A DNA stretch of 64,000 nt from the NCBI RefSeq assembly GCF_009914755.1, contig NC_060936.1; one strand, written 5' to 3'. A program made the position numbers and the translations under genes. Position 1 is the first letter of the stretch; each line of letters opens with the position of its first letter. Below the pieces are notes generated by a model. It was given only the letters and a program-made list of their open reading frames with translations, made no database searches and was not told the DNA's origin. This document shows positions 11,024-25,913 of this stretch, piece by piece. The stretch is from the human T2T-CHM13v2.0 reference genome, Homo sapiens.

Positions 11024-12199
11024 TAGAGAAAGCAGGTATGAAAATACATTAGCTATGGCTCAGACATCTCCATGTCTGCCTATGGACCTTCATTATACAT
11101 GCTAACATATTATGAAAGGAAACTAAAGAAGATGTGCTTCAACTTTTTTAGATGAAACAAGCTTTGAATCTATTGCTGAGCCAAGAATTTTAGCTAGATA
11201 TGCTCTGTATTTGAGAGAAAGATGGAAAAATTATACACCTAGTGGTAGAACCACTCCATTGCACAACTCTGAGAAGCACTATCTATGTGGTATTCTATGT
11301 GAATGGTGCTTCCTAGATGTGTACAATGTAATAGCCTTACCTGAGTACATATTAACTCTAAGTGAACAGTCAACCAGTCTTCACACCTAGGTTTCTCTTT
11401 TCTTTCTCTATAGCCTCTTTATCTCGGTCACACTCCTTACAATTTTGACTGAAAACCCCAATTTAGTCAGGGAAGGATAATTTTTTATTAATCTTTCCTT
11501 TGCCTGTATGTGCAAATGGGAAATAAGGATAGTCCAGGAAATCCTTGAAGAAAGAGAAAGTAAAAACATGTATACACTGAGATCCTTATTGATTCATTGA
11601 TATTTATGAGGATACCATTGTTCCTATTATAACAGGAAAAACAAGGCATACTTTAGTGTAGATATACCTAAGGCCAGAGATAGTCATATTAAGGTCCCCT
11701 TGCCAAGCAATTGAAGTTACTTTCACTTGTTCTCATCATGGAAAAGTGATATTTAAAATGCCCAATGAGAGGAAATGATTCTTCTGAAGCCATTAGGAGC
11801 AGCTTCTTTATTCTTGACTCTAGCTGATTAGTGATGACGATATAGCTAAAGAAAAGAAAGTAAGCTAAGGAGGTAACCTAGAAAGCTGTGTTCAGAGAGG
11901 AATGGTTTGTTATTATGGTCAGGACTGTTTGGAGGAGGGAAATATTAAATTTGTTGAAAATGAACCATTCAGTCCAGTAAAGAGATTATATCTGACATGG
12001 AGAAGAAAGGTTTCATTGGATCTCATCATGGGCTAGATGAAATGTTCTCCAATTATGAAAATAACTAGCATGAATTCTGTACTCAGCCAAGTATATTTCT
12101 GCTTAAATCATCTACAAAAATGTTAAAAATTGCTCACTTTATACAACTGGGAAATGGATAATAAGGCAAAAGTTGAAAATGTCTATATTATGGCAAGTC

Positions 12200-12520
12200 T
12201 TATTAGTAGCTGTAACAAACAAGTCCAAAATCCCAGTGGTTTAACACAATAAGAGATTCTATCTTGCTGACATGACTATCTAATGCAGGTAAACAAGTTT
12301 ATGACTTTATGTAGTTACTCAGAGATCCAAGTTTCTTTCTTGCTAGGACTTCACCGTTTTCAGCTTGAGACTTCAAGGTCCACTGGTATTGTCTATCCAT
12401 TGACAGATTAAGGGAAGAGAACTAGCCACATGAGCCAACTTAGAAAAAGTAAACAATGTGTTTTAGCTAAGTGCCCAGAAGGAAAATGAAACAGCTGAAT
12501 GCATGGAATTGTCTCACCCA
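12200..12520 (-). mobile_element. Degraded ERVL/MaLR LTR (LTR33/MLT1-like)
   Basis: gctgtaacaaac..cccagtggtttaacacaataa terminus motif. Confidence 0.45.
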
Positions 12521-15221
12521 TCATGTAGATATAGGTTAAAGTTTCATTCTGACACAATACTTATTTCTCATAAAAGTAAGAAAAATTATAATGAACATGA
12601 TTGTAGTTTGCAAACCTCCTATATCAATGTTAAATAAAAGTTTTCATACTTGTCAATTTTAAGGGATGACTAATTATAGGTTGATTTATCTAGTACATAT
12701 CATTGACATTAGAAAAAATAAAAGCATATTTTTGTTGCTTTATCCTCTGATTTCTTTTTTATAAACAACTGTTCTTAGATCTTATTTGTTGTAGTACTTA
12801 CTGAAATATAATATCACCAAATTTGTGTAAATTCACTTATTTCCATTTATTTACTGTTAAATCTCAGTTTTTACTAACTGAAGTCAAAATTAACAAAGTT
12901 ATGTAATGAATGAATATTTGCAAGTCAAATATCAAAATAGTTAATGGCCTTTTGATTACACCAAATATCATAAAATCGTATTTTGTATTGACTTGCTAGG
13001 ATATCAAGTTTAGAACATGTACATGCTTTTTTTTAAATCTATCCCAATGTATAGTTATTTTTCATAGATTCATAACTCTAAAAGATAATGCTTACTCATA
13101 CACAATGCAATGTTTAAGTGAAAAATTCCATGCCAAAGAAATAAGAGCTGATTTTACAGTTTCATTTAATCATACCGTCTAGTCTTTGTCTCTTTGGGGA
13201 CTTTAGTATTTTTTCTTTGCTCACATACTTCTCTTCTTACTTCCTTTCTTATTGTCAGAAAATGGCAATATTCCATTTTTAGTCACCAGAAAGAGTTTCT
13301 ACTTCAGCTTTATCCCAGTTTATTCAAGACTCCATTCACCATCATCTCCTTAGGCTCCAGAAACTTAATAAGTTTCTTAAAATGTGTCATCTAGTTCTAA
13401 TTAAATGTCTCCAAATAATATTGGTAGGGAACTTTGGCAAACACTTTAGACACATTATCTAATAGCAAAGTCAGTTCATATTCCCTACCCCCTTATTGCC
13501 CTTGTTCCCCATGTAAGGATGCCAGAAAGACAATTTAGGCAATTTAATGTAGGCTGAAATCAGTAATCTCATGAGGATGGGAGGAGGGGAGCGAGTCAGT
13601 CACAGTAATTGAAAACAAAGAAGTTGGACTGAAAACGAAGATATTTGGAACCTTCAAAACTCTAGCTCTTTATTTCTGATGGAGTAATTTAGTATTTTTT
13701 ATTCAGTTTCTATCTTTCTCAGTGTAACACAAAGCAAATTGTTTCTTGTAACACAGCCTTTATTGAGGCATAAATCCATGCCTTTTAATTTGTAGAACTT
13801 CTTTGGATAAAACTAGTATTTATACATAATGACAATGATAATGATGATGCACATATTATCACAGGGTAACTACACACATTTTGTATAAGAAAAAAATGTG
13901 TGTTTACAAAGGATATCCCAGAGAGGACCAGGTAATCGCCAATTGCCTTTGAAAAGGATAATCATTACATGTTAATTTTTTATTACTGTCCAGTATCACT
14001 GGCAAATTCTTGCAAATTTTACTAACTTAGAAACCTGATTTTATCTCCTGGGGCAAAATTATCTTAAACAAGTTCAAAGACCACATTAAACCTAAAGGTT
14101 AACCTTCATCCTCTTAGTGCCACCACATTCTCTGTAGGTAGTCCCACTTGGGAAGCTAATTATAGTCAAAAGATTGTTGATGACCATAGAACAAGTACAA
14201 AGGATAAATCAGCTCCATAATAGCATAAGGCAAAAGAAGGACTCTTTTCCAAGGGATCGAACTCTTTAAATATATTAGCTCTCATGAGTTTTTGCAGTCA
14301 TTAGCATGATAAAAAAACACCCTGCCAAAAGATGACTGCTGAATAGTGATTTATTAGACTTGACAACATTACCCTCTGGGATATTCTTTTTTTCTCTCTA
14401 CTTCCAAAATTTACTGATCCTCTTCAATGTCCATTCTATCCTTTTATACATTACAGATTCAGTGTAGTTATCGTAGAATAAACTATTTTATCTTAAATGG
14501 CCTAGATTTAATTTCTTTCAATTTTATGTCTTTAATCAGAGTTTTGATATTATAACTCTAGAGAGAACACGCTGAAAAAAAGATTTTATCCAGTCTCAAT
14601 ATTTTTTAGATATATTTCTTTGTTCTTCTCAAACGTGCCAAGGAATGGAGTATATAATATATATTTGCATACATGCTATTTAACTCTTTAAAGCCCACAT
14701 TGAATATTAGCAAGGAGATATTCATGCCTATATGTGTACACATTAACCAACAAAGGGTAAGTTTCTCTGTCCCTGGAAAACTCAAGACAGGGTTTACTAG
14801 AATTTGCCCTAGGAGTGAGAATGAGAAACGTGGAATTAGGGAAGATCCAATGAAAATTATGCATATTAATGGAGGGCTAGGCAGGACAATAACAAGTGAA
14901 GTCCCAATTCTGGCTTAGAAATTAGTCTGATGGGACAACATATCCAATTAAGAATATCCAACTCAGAAATGTGAAGATTTCCAAAATGTTTTGGACAGTG
15001 TTACTTTTAGCAGATTCATAAGTTACTGATTTATGAAATGTAGTGAACTATGCCTGAAAATGAAGGTGTGGAACAGAAAGAAAATAAAAAATAACTTAAA
15101 AAGAAAGTTCTTTTTCTAGATGACACAGTACTAGAGAAGTAAAGAGATAAAATTAAGAAGCATATTAATTTTTTAAAAACAACTGCATGTGACACTGAAA
15201 ATATAGATGAGGAAAGCCAAA

Positions 15222-15345
15222 CACCAAACCTGGGTCTCATCCACAAATCATTCCAATTTCAGTAGTCCAGGGTATGGCTTAGGCACTGGGATTTTAAAAA
15301 GCTCTAGAGCTGATTCAAATATGTGACCAAGGTTGAGAATCACTG
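15222..15345. mobile_element. MER5B-like hAT MITE fragment
   Basis: ttttaaaaagctc..gattcaaatatg..aaggttgagaatcactg terminal inverted-repeat end. Confidence 0.7.
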
Positions 15346-15539
15346 CACCAGAGAAGTGACTTGTGATGCAGACTCGGATGTAGGAGACAGAAACACTAAT
15401 TAAGTCTGGAACATTGAACTATTGAACAAAGTCTTGAGGAGAATGTGGTAAGTTTTTTACTAGGCTCCTGGGGGCACAGACTTCAAAAATATCAACAGCA
15501 ACTTCAGTTTGAAAATATGCTGAGGTTGATTCTTCAGAT

Positions 15540-15868
15540 CAGTAGCCTCCAACCTTTCTGGCACGAGGGACTGGTTTTGTGGAAGACAGTTTATCCACTA
15601 GGGATGGTTTCAGGATGAAGCTGTTCTGCCTCAGATCATCAGGCATTAGATTCTCATAAGAAGCAGGCAACTCAGATCCCCTGAATGCACAGTTCACAAT
15701 AGTGTTTGCATTCCTATGAGAGTCTAATGCTGCTGCTGATCTGACAGGAGGTGGAGCTCAGGCAGTAATGCTGGCTGGCCTGCCGCTCACCTCCTGCTGT
15801 GTGGCCTGGTTCCTGACAGGCCTCACAGCTTGTTAAGAACTGCACAGGCAGGGGATTAGAAATTCCTG
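15540..15868 (+). mobile_element. MER1B hAT-Charlie DNA transposon
   Basis: CAG..CCAACCTTTCTGGCAC..GGGACTGGTTTTGTGGAAGAC...CCTG; 8-bp TSD cttcagat/cttcaggt. Confidence 0.88.
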
Positions 15869-16252
15869 CTTCAGGTGAAAAAAGCATGGGGAATAGAGAA
15901 AACTTTCCGAGGGGTAGACTTCTTGAAATCCATAGCAGGAGGAAAGGGAGAAGCCACTGGGCATATAACATCCAGGCTGGAGAACCCTCTGGCTGAAAAT
16001 ACATGCTCACTAGAGAGTCTGTCATATGATAGAACACATATGCAATGCAGCATCAATTGCCAGAAAGATAGGTCTTAGCACAAAAAGGGGAATTCAAAGC
16101 CTTCAAATATTCAGAAAGAAAGAGAAACTTCAGGTAAGACTGGATGACTGATTCTGCCACCATTGCATATTTACAAACTGTGCCAGAAAACGGAAAGATC
16201 TCAAATGTTACTCTGAGAGAAGGAACATTATATTAGGGAGAATTTTCCTAGT

Positions 16253-16426
16253 TCAATTCTTCTTAAATCATAGGCTCATCAGAATGATCTGGCTTGTTCA
16301 CTGAGCTCCTTCCGTAGAGTTTCTGATTCCCTAGGTCTGGAGTGGGATCTGAGTATTTGCATTCGTGACTAGCTCCCAGGTGATGCTGATGCTGCCAGTT
16401 CAGGGACCACACTTAGAGAAGAACAG
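16253..16426. mobile_element. MER5A hAT MITE
   Basis: agagtttctgattc..taggtctgg..tttgcatt..ctcccaggtgatgctgatgctgc..ggaccacactt. Confidence 0.8.
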
Positions 16427-17832
16427 CTCTAATATTAGTCAAATGTGGCATCATAATTTAACTTTTGGTGGGGCATTTCTCCAAATTGTGTTTGAGTACA
16501 CAGGTTACAGACCAGAGTCAAGGGACATAAAAACTGACTAACATCTGGATGAGGCTAAACCAAGTTGGTTTCCATCTTATGACTTTCTTCTGGAACAATC
16601 AAATCTCTTCTTAGATCCTCTGTTGATCCCTTTTCTCACTCCTAAGCTAATTGATGATTGAGAGAAGGAACTGGCCCCAGATGGTTCCCCTTCCCTTTTG
16701 GGGATAATTGACTATCAATTGCATACATTTCATTTTGCCCCTGCATGAACAAAGATTTATGGGGGTAGACTTTGTCCGAGGCTTGTGGCTGGCCAGCATT
16801 GCCTGTGACTGATGGCATAGTTTATTTCTGGAGTTTTGTATTAGGAAGCTCTTACTTGCTTCACACTGAAGTCATGCATTAAATTTAGGGGGTACACCTC
16901 GCCTTTATCAACATAAAATAGAACATTTTGAGCTCTATTTCTGTGTGAATCCCATTTCTTCTTCTCACCTGATCCTGAATTTAGATAGGAATAGTGGGAG
17001 CAAGTATAGGGGTTCCCTAAAATTTAGCATTACTGCCCAGAAAACCTTTACTATTTTCATGAATCTCTATGAGTTATAATACAAAATGGTTTCAATTTTG
17101 ATGTATCTATCTGACTCCTGGCTTTGTATTATGTTCCCAACTGTTATTTTTTCTTTGTCTCACTTTCTAAGTTTGTATTTGTCACCTCATAACACATGAT
17201 CAGTAATATATATAAGATATGATATAGCAGATAATATAATAGAAAATTATATGTAATACATTTATTATGTATAATATTTTGAGATAAAATTATTGAACTA
17301 AGATTTATATTTTCATCTTTTTATGTTAATTTGTGTGCATATTATAGCATTTATTCATGTAAGTAACCTTAAATACTGTTAAGAAAAGGTGATGGATAAA
17401 TGAGTAAATACTTTATATCTCAGATTAGCTGCCAGATTTAAAACTAATAACAGATTCAAGAACATCATTTCTCAGCATATGTATTTTGTGAGTGAACTCA
17501 TAAAAACTTACATTCCAATAGATAGCTACAGATCTCGTATACATATATCTTATATGTGTCTTTTTAAACTTCCTCTATTGTGCTGAAAATACTTATAAGA
17601 CTACTAGACTGAGAATGCCAAGGCACAGGAAGAGATTTGGTCTAATTTGCCTTCCCAAATTCTTGGCTCTCAGCAAAAGATTGGTAAGTGGATCTAATGT
17701 GAACCCAAGCACAATGGGGTTAGCCTTCATCATAGCCCAAATCGAATCCCTTCCTTTAAGGCATCTGTGATCATCAGCACATAAGCTTCAGTGGCTTTTA
17801 ATTGAGTGAGTGATTCAATGGTAAAGTTACTT

Positions 17833-18040
17833 GCATTTATTAAACATTTGCTATGTACCAGGTTCTGTATTAAACAGCTAACATGTTTATCTTACTTAAT
17901 CCTCAAAAGGTATCTTCTAAATAGAAAACTGAGGCCCAGAGAGGTTGTATGACTTGCCCAAGGTTATACAGTTTGTGTGACAGACCTGGCACTTACATCT
18001 AGAAGTCTGACTTTAGGCCCTGGGTTATTCAGCATTATGA
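17833..18040 (-). mobile_element. MIR SINE
   Basis: aaactgaggcccagagaggtt..gacttgcccaaggt core. Confidence 0.8.
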
Positions 18041-21000
18041 CAAGACTGTCTCCCAATGAGGAGGAAATGGGTGTAGAAATGAGCAACACCCAAAGCCAAT
18101 AGTTTCTCCCATTATTCTTTAGTGTGTGTGTTAATGGTTATGTGCTCAAGCAGAGCCAAATTGGAAAGGAAATATCTGTACCTATTTATTCACTTAATTT
18201 AGGATACCCATTGTACCAGTCAATTCCTATTGAGAAAGCCCAGACCTAGAGCAGATAATATTCAGCTGATAATATTTAAATTACTGTTCTTCCTTGTTTT
18301 GTTTTAAAAATAAAACGCATTTGAAATCCAGAATATTTGGACTTTTACTCAAGCACAGAATTAAGGTTTTCATTAAACAAAATGAAATTTTGAATTTATC
18401 TGTCTCTCAATTTGTTCTACACAGTTGAATAAATTAATCTTGAAGCTACTCCTCTGTATTACCACTACGGCAACAATTGACTTCTAAAGGCGTTAAAAGG
18501 CTCTGCACTGTTTGGCCTGAGTTACTAAAGATGTATTTTTATGGGTTTAACATACTGACATATAGATATGTTAAGCACAGTGAAATTCTGCTTTAAACAT
18601 GAGCCTGGTGCTCACATTTGTTTCCGTGATCTACATTAATTATCTAAAAGACCGTAACCATGAATACCTGGCAATGAAGCTGTATCTTAAGTTCTATTTT
18701 ATCTTGAAAATAGATGAGGAAGAAATGTATTTGGCAAAGCTTGCTCAATCCTCATATTCCTGACAAAGCAGCTTTCAGTTCAGAAGGATCATATTACCTC
18801 TTGCCCCTTTAAACACTTTGACAGCTAACAGAGATGTTTGAATATTGTGTTAATTGTAATCACTTGGAAATGTTTGTTTTTCTGATTCTTAATAATCAAA
18901 TCACTTAATTTCAGAGAAAAGAAACCTCAATATTGGACACAGCTCAAAGAAGTAAAGATAAAACAGAAGAAGCAGAAAAAGAATGGGGGCTTTTAGGGGC
19001 AAAGTCTCTCTCCTTTAGCATTAAAAGACTGGATTAAATTTTACTCAGAAACTTACTAGATGAAAACTCGGGGCAAAATTCTGTTCTGCAGTTATCCTTA
19101 TCAAATGGTTACAATATTACCTTATTTCCAGGGTTAGTTATTTGAGTTATCTTATGTTTGTGGTCTCATAAATAATATATAATATAAATATAAAGAAGTC
19201 ACCAGCAAAGATTATCAGTATTTGTTTTCCCAATGAGCCTACATGATTGTATATTTTTTTTTGCTTAAGTTTTTAAGGTTCTTAAATACTGTAGCTTAGG
19301 ATGAGAATTAAATAGTTCAACACTGTTTTTAAAAGAATCTTATGGAAAGTCAATGAGACAACCATATTAAAATCTCATCAGCAAAATTCTTTCCTCCCTT
19401 CCTGTAGATCATCTTTAGTAAAGAGAGAGATTAGCTTTTATTTTTCACGTACTCTGGAAAAAGATATTTAATTCAGGCTGATCGTGTTAAAGTTTCTTCT
19501 TCCAACATAAAGTGTTGAGTATGCAAACCATATGTATGAAACTTTAAAATATACTGTATAAATTGGCCAAAGTAGGATATATTTTTAAATATAAAGATAA
19601 GTATTGCATATCTTTTGCCACCAGAATAGTATAAATATTACTAATATAAGTACTTTGTGTTCACAAAATACAGAGACAATTTCCTAGACTAATTACCCTT
19701 TAATATCAATGCAGTCCTATACCGATTTATTATATTTAGAAAAACTAATGTTAAGATACTTTTTATATATCATTATCTAAAATGTGCTTTGATTTCTGGA
19801 AGTTGTCCGGAATTAGCTTGATTCTCCTTAAGCAATTTCTGGTGTTACAGAGCATCAACATATATTCTAAAGTTATTATCTATTTATTTTTTAAAAATTT
19901 TATTTTTATCTTAAGTTCAGGGGATACATGCACAGGTTTATTATAGGAGTATATTGCTTGGTGCTGAGGCTTGGTTAGTTTGCATTGCACCATATTATAA
20001 TAAAGACAAATAAAAAGAAACCATTCCTCAAAATTTAATTGATACAACTGCCCTTATTGAGTTCTCTACCATTCCTACAATTTTGTTAAATATAATTTTC
20101 ATTCCTTTCAAAAATCTTCTAGAGTTTTAAAAAATTCATCATCTGTAACTGCTGTATTTTATGGCACTTCTCTTTACAAGGATGATTTTAAACAATCTAG
20201 CCACTTTATCTGTCCATGGAAGAGAATTTGCCTCAATTTTAAGATCACTGGAGGGTAATATCAAGGAAAGCATCTCTCATGCAAGAAATTTTCTATGACC
20301 AGTTTTTACTAATATTCCTTTATTCATTGCTACAGTTATTTACTGATGAATGCATATACCATATCATTCCAGAAAGGATACGGACAGTTTTAAAACAACA
20401 TATGGTAATACTTTTTAAAAATCTACATAAGTAGTTGAGGTGACAAGAAAATAAAGGTAGGCAAAGTTATATGAAACCAGGGAAGACTGAGACAAAAATT
20501 GGGCTCCAGGTTGCTGAGCAGGCAAGCCATAATGACAAGCACACTCAGTTACCAATATAGAACCCAGAAAGTAAGCAACTGTTTTTAGAAGTTGTAACCC
20601 ATTCTGACACTGAGACCTGAGAGAAATTTTTCTTACACATCCCCACAAAGACCATAACTTAATGTCATTGTAAATGCCCTCCATGTCATCATACAGCAAA
20701 TACAATTAACAGCTCTATAGCACTTTGTAGTATAACATTTCTTGGTGTTTATTGAATACACAGGGGTAGTACAGGAAAAGTAAAAGTAATTATATAAGGC
20801 TACGTTAATTAATGTAGTAGAGGTGAGGAGGAGTTTATTAATCTGGATGAAGCCAAGAAAATTTTACTGGATGAGTGGATGTTGACATCCTTCTATAGAG
20901 CCTCTATACATCTTAATATTGCTACCAAGCACTTTGCTGGAAAAATGCATTACACATAGTTAGGGCTAATGTTGTTCTTAGAAAACAAGTTGAAGCCCCC

Positions 21001-21544
21001 TCCAACCTAAGCAAAATGAAATATAAATAACTTAAAACTATAACATGACAATGGAGACTTCAAATAACCACCTTCATCAAAAAGACTATCTCAGTTTAAA
21101 ACACTCAAAGAATATCAACTTTTGAACAATGCAGTTTTCTGATGAACCCTTTAAGGCACATGGAAAAATGTTTTCCTAGACTAGTAAATATGTGATAAAC
21201 ATAAAATTATAGCCCAGAACTTAGATATATGTTGAAGAATGCATACTTACAATTAGAAGTAGTCTTATGCCATTCTTTCTTATAATAATTAGATAACAGA
21301 GTCCATTATCTATAAAGGTTACCTCTAGTTCACATTATCTACCCATAGAAAAAGGCTTTTCTTTTCCTTTTGGGAGTCGTAGAGTACTTGGCATTCAGTT
21401 CAACTAAAACAAATATCAAGTTAAAAGAACAATTTAGAGCTTGACAGAAAATGGGGGCAGAATAATAGTCTTTTATCACCCTTTTGGAAATTATTTTGTG
21501 ATATGAGAAGACAGCATCACTATTATGATATATAATTACTAACT

Positions 21545-21722
21545 GTTTAATCTTAGTCAAGTTACTTACCTAACTACTCTTTGTCCAAAAATCCTCATCT
21601 ATTCAATAGGAATAACAATAGCAATTCATAATTTTGTTGTGAGAAATAAATGAGATAATATATGTAATATGACTAGAACAGTACCTAGCACATAATAAAT
21701 GCTCACTTAAGGTTAGCTGTAG
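21545..21722 (+). mobile_element. MIR SINE
   Basis: caagttactta..gttgtgagaaataaatgagataat..aaatgctca. Confidence 0.75.
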
Positions 21723-22229
21723 TTTATCAGAAAGCAAAAAGTCTACATTTTGATCATATAGCCTACAACCCATTCCTATTCACAGCACTAGAGTAAAATG
21801 AAAGTGCAGTAAAAGCTGCAACCATTTTATGTCACACCAATAAATGTACTTACTGGGTAATATATAGCACTCTGATGGCATTGTTGGGTCTAAAACTTGC
21901 TTCTAATATAGAAAACAATGGATCATAGATATTCTAGATCATGAGAAATCACACAAATAATCAGTTTGAAATTATATTACTGAATATAATTTTCAAACAC
22001 AAATAATTTAATGACCCTTTCTCAACAACTCAGGAGGCAATAAATCTACCACCATCAGTAGAAATCAACAAAGCTCAATTGAGATTCTTCCCCTGGGTTT
22101 TGGGGATGGTTTGACTTATTGACCACCTAAATCCCTAGACTCACAAATGCAAATGCAACACTTACAGTGGAATAATTCAAATTTGATTTTCAGATAAAAA
22201 ACTTTTAAGTTGTTCTATCTTGTTTTAAT

Positions 22230-22783
22230 TTTTTCATGCTGCATAACAAATTGCCATAAACTTAGTAAAGCTATACCCATTTTTTTAGCCCACAGTTTCT
22301 GTAGGTCAGAAGTTCAGGCCTGATCTGACTGGCTTCTCTCCCAAGGGTCTCACAAGGTCAAAGTCAAGGTGATGACTAGGGCTGTGGTCTCATGCAGAGC
22401 TCAGAGTTCCTTGTGTCTGTAGGCCTGAGGACCACATATGCTTACTGGCCATCAGTTTCTCTCACCATTTACAGGCCTTCTACATTCCTTACCAAATTGG
22501 TCCTTCTATCTTTTAAGTCATCAACACACAGTTCACTTTGCTTTGAATCTCTGTCATGCTTCAAATTTTGACTCTGACATCAAGATGCTGATTTAAACAT
22601 CTCATGAGTTTAGGTCAGGCCCTTTTAGGTGGTCTCCCTTTCTTAAATTCAACTGTGCCATATAGTATAGCCCAATTATAGAAGTGATATCCCCAAATAC
22701 CCATGATATTAAGGATTATAGAGGGCATGGGTATACTAGGAATGGGACTTTTAGGGAACATCTTAGAATTCTGCCTGCAATAT
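22230..22783 (-). mobile_element. MLT1D/E-type MaLR LTR
   Basis: gctgcataacaaattgcc..cacagtttctgtaggtcagaagt...atcttagaattctgcct. Confidence 0.75.
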
Positions 22784-25418
22784 ACATCAAAGGCCTTAAG
22801 AATTAATCTGCCAAAGCCTAAACCAAGGGTCTATTACACTAGTCCAAAATGCCAAGTCTTATAACTTATAAGAAACTGGTACATATGTTAAAGGCATTGT
22901 TCAGTTATCCTATAAATTTATAATTTTAGAACAAAGGTTTTCTATTCTACAGATGAGATAAATTCTAGGCTGAAACAGGCAGAAACACACACATAGGAGA
23001 TTTAAAAAAATATGAAGAATCTCATCCTACCATTTTCCATGTGCTTTACTTACCATGGATTTTTTTCTTTAACTGTACCCTATATTGGTTACGTTAGTAG
23101 TATTTAGTCAGAATGTTTCATATGAAATCAAGAACATTTGAAACAACTCACCTTAATATATAAAAATGAGATAAATATGCTTACCACGAGTCACTGAAAT
23201 CTGGACTTCCAGGACTGCATGAAGAAATTCATGTCATGAGTAACTCTATTAATCTATTCACATGACTGGATCTATCATCTTTACTTTACATCACCCCATA
23301 AGAAATTGTGTGCTGTTTTTTTTGCTTGTTTGAAAAGCAATTCATTTTAATTTGTTAATATCTGAGCTAAAGTTCTTCTAAATTTTGTTCCTCATGTCAT
23401 CTTATTTACTTTATCATATATTTTTGTTTTTGTATTTCTTTTTTTCTTAGATAATGGATGAGTGAGTTGGTTGATTTCTTGTTACTAGGTCTACCCTATA
23501 AATATTTTAAAAAACTACAGGTTTTATTTTAAGTGCATTAGAGTTATTATAGCATATGTATATGCCTATTTATATCTGTATCTATACCGTCTACCTACAA
23601 ACTGGTTTTTCTGATCATGAGTTCATCACCAAGGAATGTTAAGTAAGGGATAACTAATATATTTCAGTCAACCACAAGGGATTGTTAGTGGCTCTCTGGA
23701 TCCCTCACTCACTGAGTATTCTAAGTTTGGTTTGAAGTAAAATTTCTCAGAAAGGACTCTGTGTAAAATTAGAATTGTTTGTATGTGGTAAAGGCTGAAG
23801 TATGTAAAGACGCAATGCTTTATATTTGGTATTTCACATTATATTTGGCATTCCACAGGAAGTTGTTGTTCCAGAAAACACAGATACTAAGATAATATTG
23901 TATATTAAGTAATGTTTATACAGATATGTTTGTTAGCTTAAATTTCTTGATGTCATGAAAAATGTCCGAACCTCATGAGAATGCCTACAGCTTTATGGGC
24001 AGTGAAAATGATCCTGATGGTAAGGAATGGGTTAAAAGAGCTCTGCAGATATAGTCATTTTTTTCATTTTTGCCTAGAGAAGCCATGATCCCAAACAGCA
24101 TTTTTTTTTCTATTGTGTATTTGGACTTGTGAAAGGAATAAATAGCACCCTTGAAACCATTCCCAAAACCTACTCAAAATAGAAGATTCAGTTATAGTGA
24201 TCATCAAATCTCTCTGATCCTCTGGAATAGTTTGGGGGGAAATGACAAATAAGTTTGAACTAAAATGTTTAATTTGATAGATAAATTCAGAAATGCACTA
24301 ACTTTTTTTTAAAAAAATGTGTTTTTATGCAAGATGAAAAAAGAAGCAAGGCAGATGAATTAACCACTGAAAAACTTTCATCTTATATTCTACATTGATG
24401 CATCACATTGGAGATGTAGAAGTCACATAGGCCAAGATTGTTGTTATCAACCATAAATTCTCAACAGAAAATCCTGTTAACAGACAGAATCCATACAGTG
24501 AAATAAATCAAACAGTGAATATTAATAAAGACTTAGAGTCACAATCAAATGTGCAGAAGAAAAATAATCTGCTGTAGAGCCTAAACTTTACTAAAGAGAG
24601 GAAAAATGGGAGGGAAAGATGAAATGAGGGTCAAAAGAGGGTGAGGGTGAAAGTAAGAGAGAGAAGGGGGAGAGGGGAGTAGATTTTTAAAATCTATCAC
24701 ATTGTGAAAATCTGACTCTTGTATTCATAAGGCAACATAAACAATATTGAAAAATTTTAGTATCTTCTTAGTAAAGATATATCTAAGTTCAATACAAGTT
24801 AAATATACGATTTCATCTAAATATTTTCTATCCTTGGTTATCAAAAGTAGTTATTCTAAGAAGATTTACACTTTAAAGATTGCCCAAAATATGTTATGAT
24901 CCTTTAAAGGTGATGTAATTTCTCTTTTTGTTTATTTATAGTTAATTAGTCTTTGTCAGTGTTGCACATTAGTTACACTCCTGCATTTCAAGGTCTGTTT
25001 GCTTTCTGATTCATAAAGATTAGCCTGTATCCTTTAGTTATATTAAAAGACTTGTATTTAATTAGGAACATGTCATATCAGATTTATGGAATGGGCTACA
25101 ACCTTGCCAATTTCTACATTACTGCCGGAGAGACAATCAGTTATTTAGGGAAGCACATTCACTGTTGAGCTACAGTGGAGTTCCAAACTATTGTTCTTTC
25201 TCTCTATTATTATTTTCTTCTAGTTTATTTCAATCTCACATCTTTCTCCTTTACCCCAAATTTTCCACATCATTGCGTGCATACCATTTTAACTCTTTTC
25301 CTTGCTGATTGACTTTTTCTAATTTTCTCTGTTCTAACTTCACAGAAATACATTTTTATGTTCAATTTGGCAATAAAATTTGAAGGAAATAACATGAGCT
25401 TTAAAAAAACAAAAGACT

Positions 25419-25724
25419 AGCCAGGTGCAGTGGCTTACACCTGTAATCCCAGCATTTGGGAAGGCTGAGGGGGGTGCATCACGAGGTCAAGAGATCAAGA
25501 CCATCCTGGCCAACATGGTGAAATCCCATCTCTACTAAAAATACAAAAATTAGCTGCGTGTGTCCTAGCTACGAGCCTGTAGTCCTAGCTACTCGGGAGG
25601 CTGAGGCAGGAGAATTGCTTGAACCCAGGAGGCGGAGGTTGCAGTGAGCCAAGACTGCGACACTGCATTACAGTCTGGGAGATGGAGCAAGACACTGTCT
25701 CAAAAAAAAAAAAAAAAAAAAAAA
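25419..25724 (+). mobile_element. Alu (AluSc-like), antisense to EPYC
   Basis: Full dimer with atcacgaggtcaagagatc diagnostic; poly(A); TSD core caaaagact on both sides. Confidence 0.95.
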
Positions 25725-25913
25725 GGGCAAAAGACTGTTCCGGTATTAACCTCCAAAAGATTGAACATGTTTTGGAGAAAAGGTTAATATGAAATTATTA
25801 ACATAAAATCTTTCTACTTATAAAAAAACCCAAACATCTATTTGAGGAAAACAGACCCAAGTCATTCCTCATCCTATGCTTTTTAAAGTTTCAAGAGTAG
25901 GAGGATCGATTAC

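Noticed and set aside
25869-25913. C-terminal extension of the 69-aa ORF (VIDPPTLETLKSIG)
   Set aside because: Intron 2 sequence after the GAG|gtaat donor.
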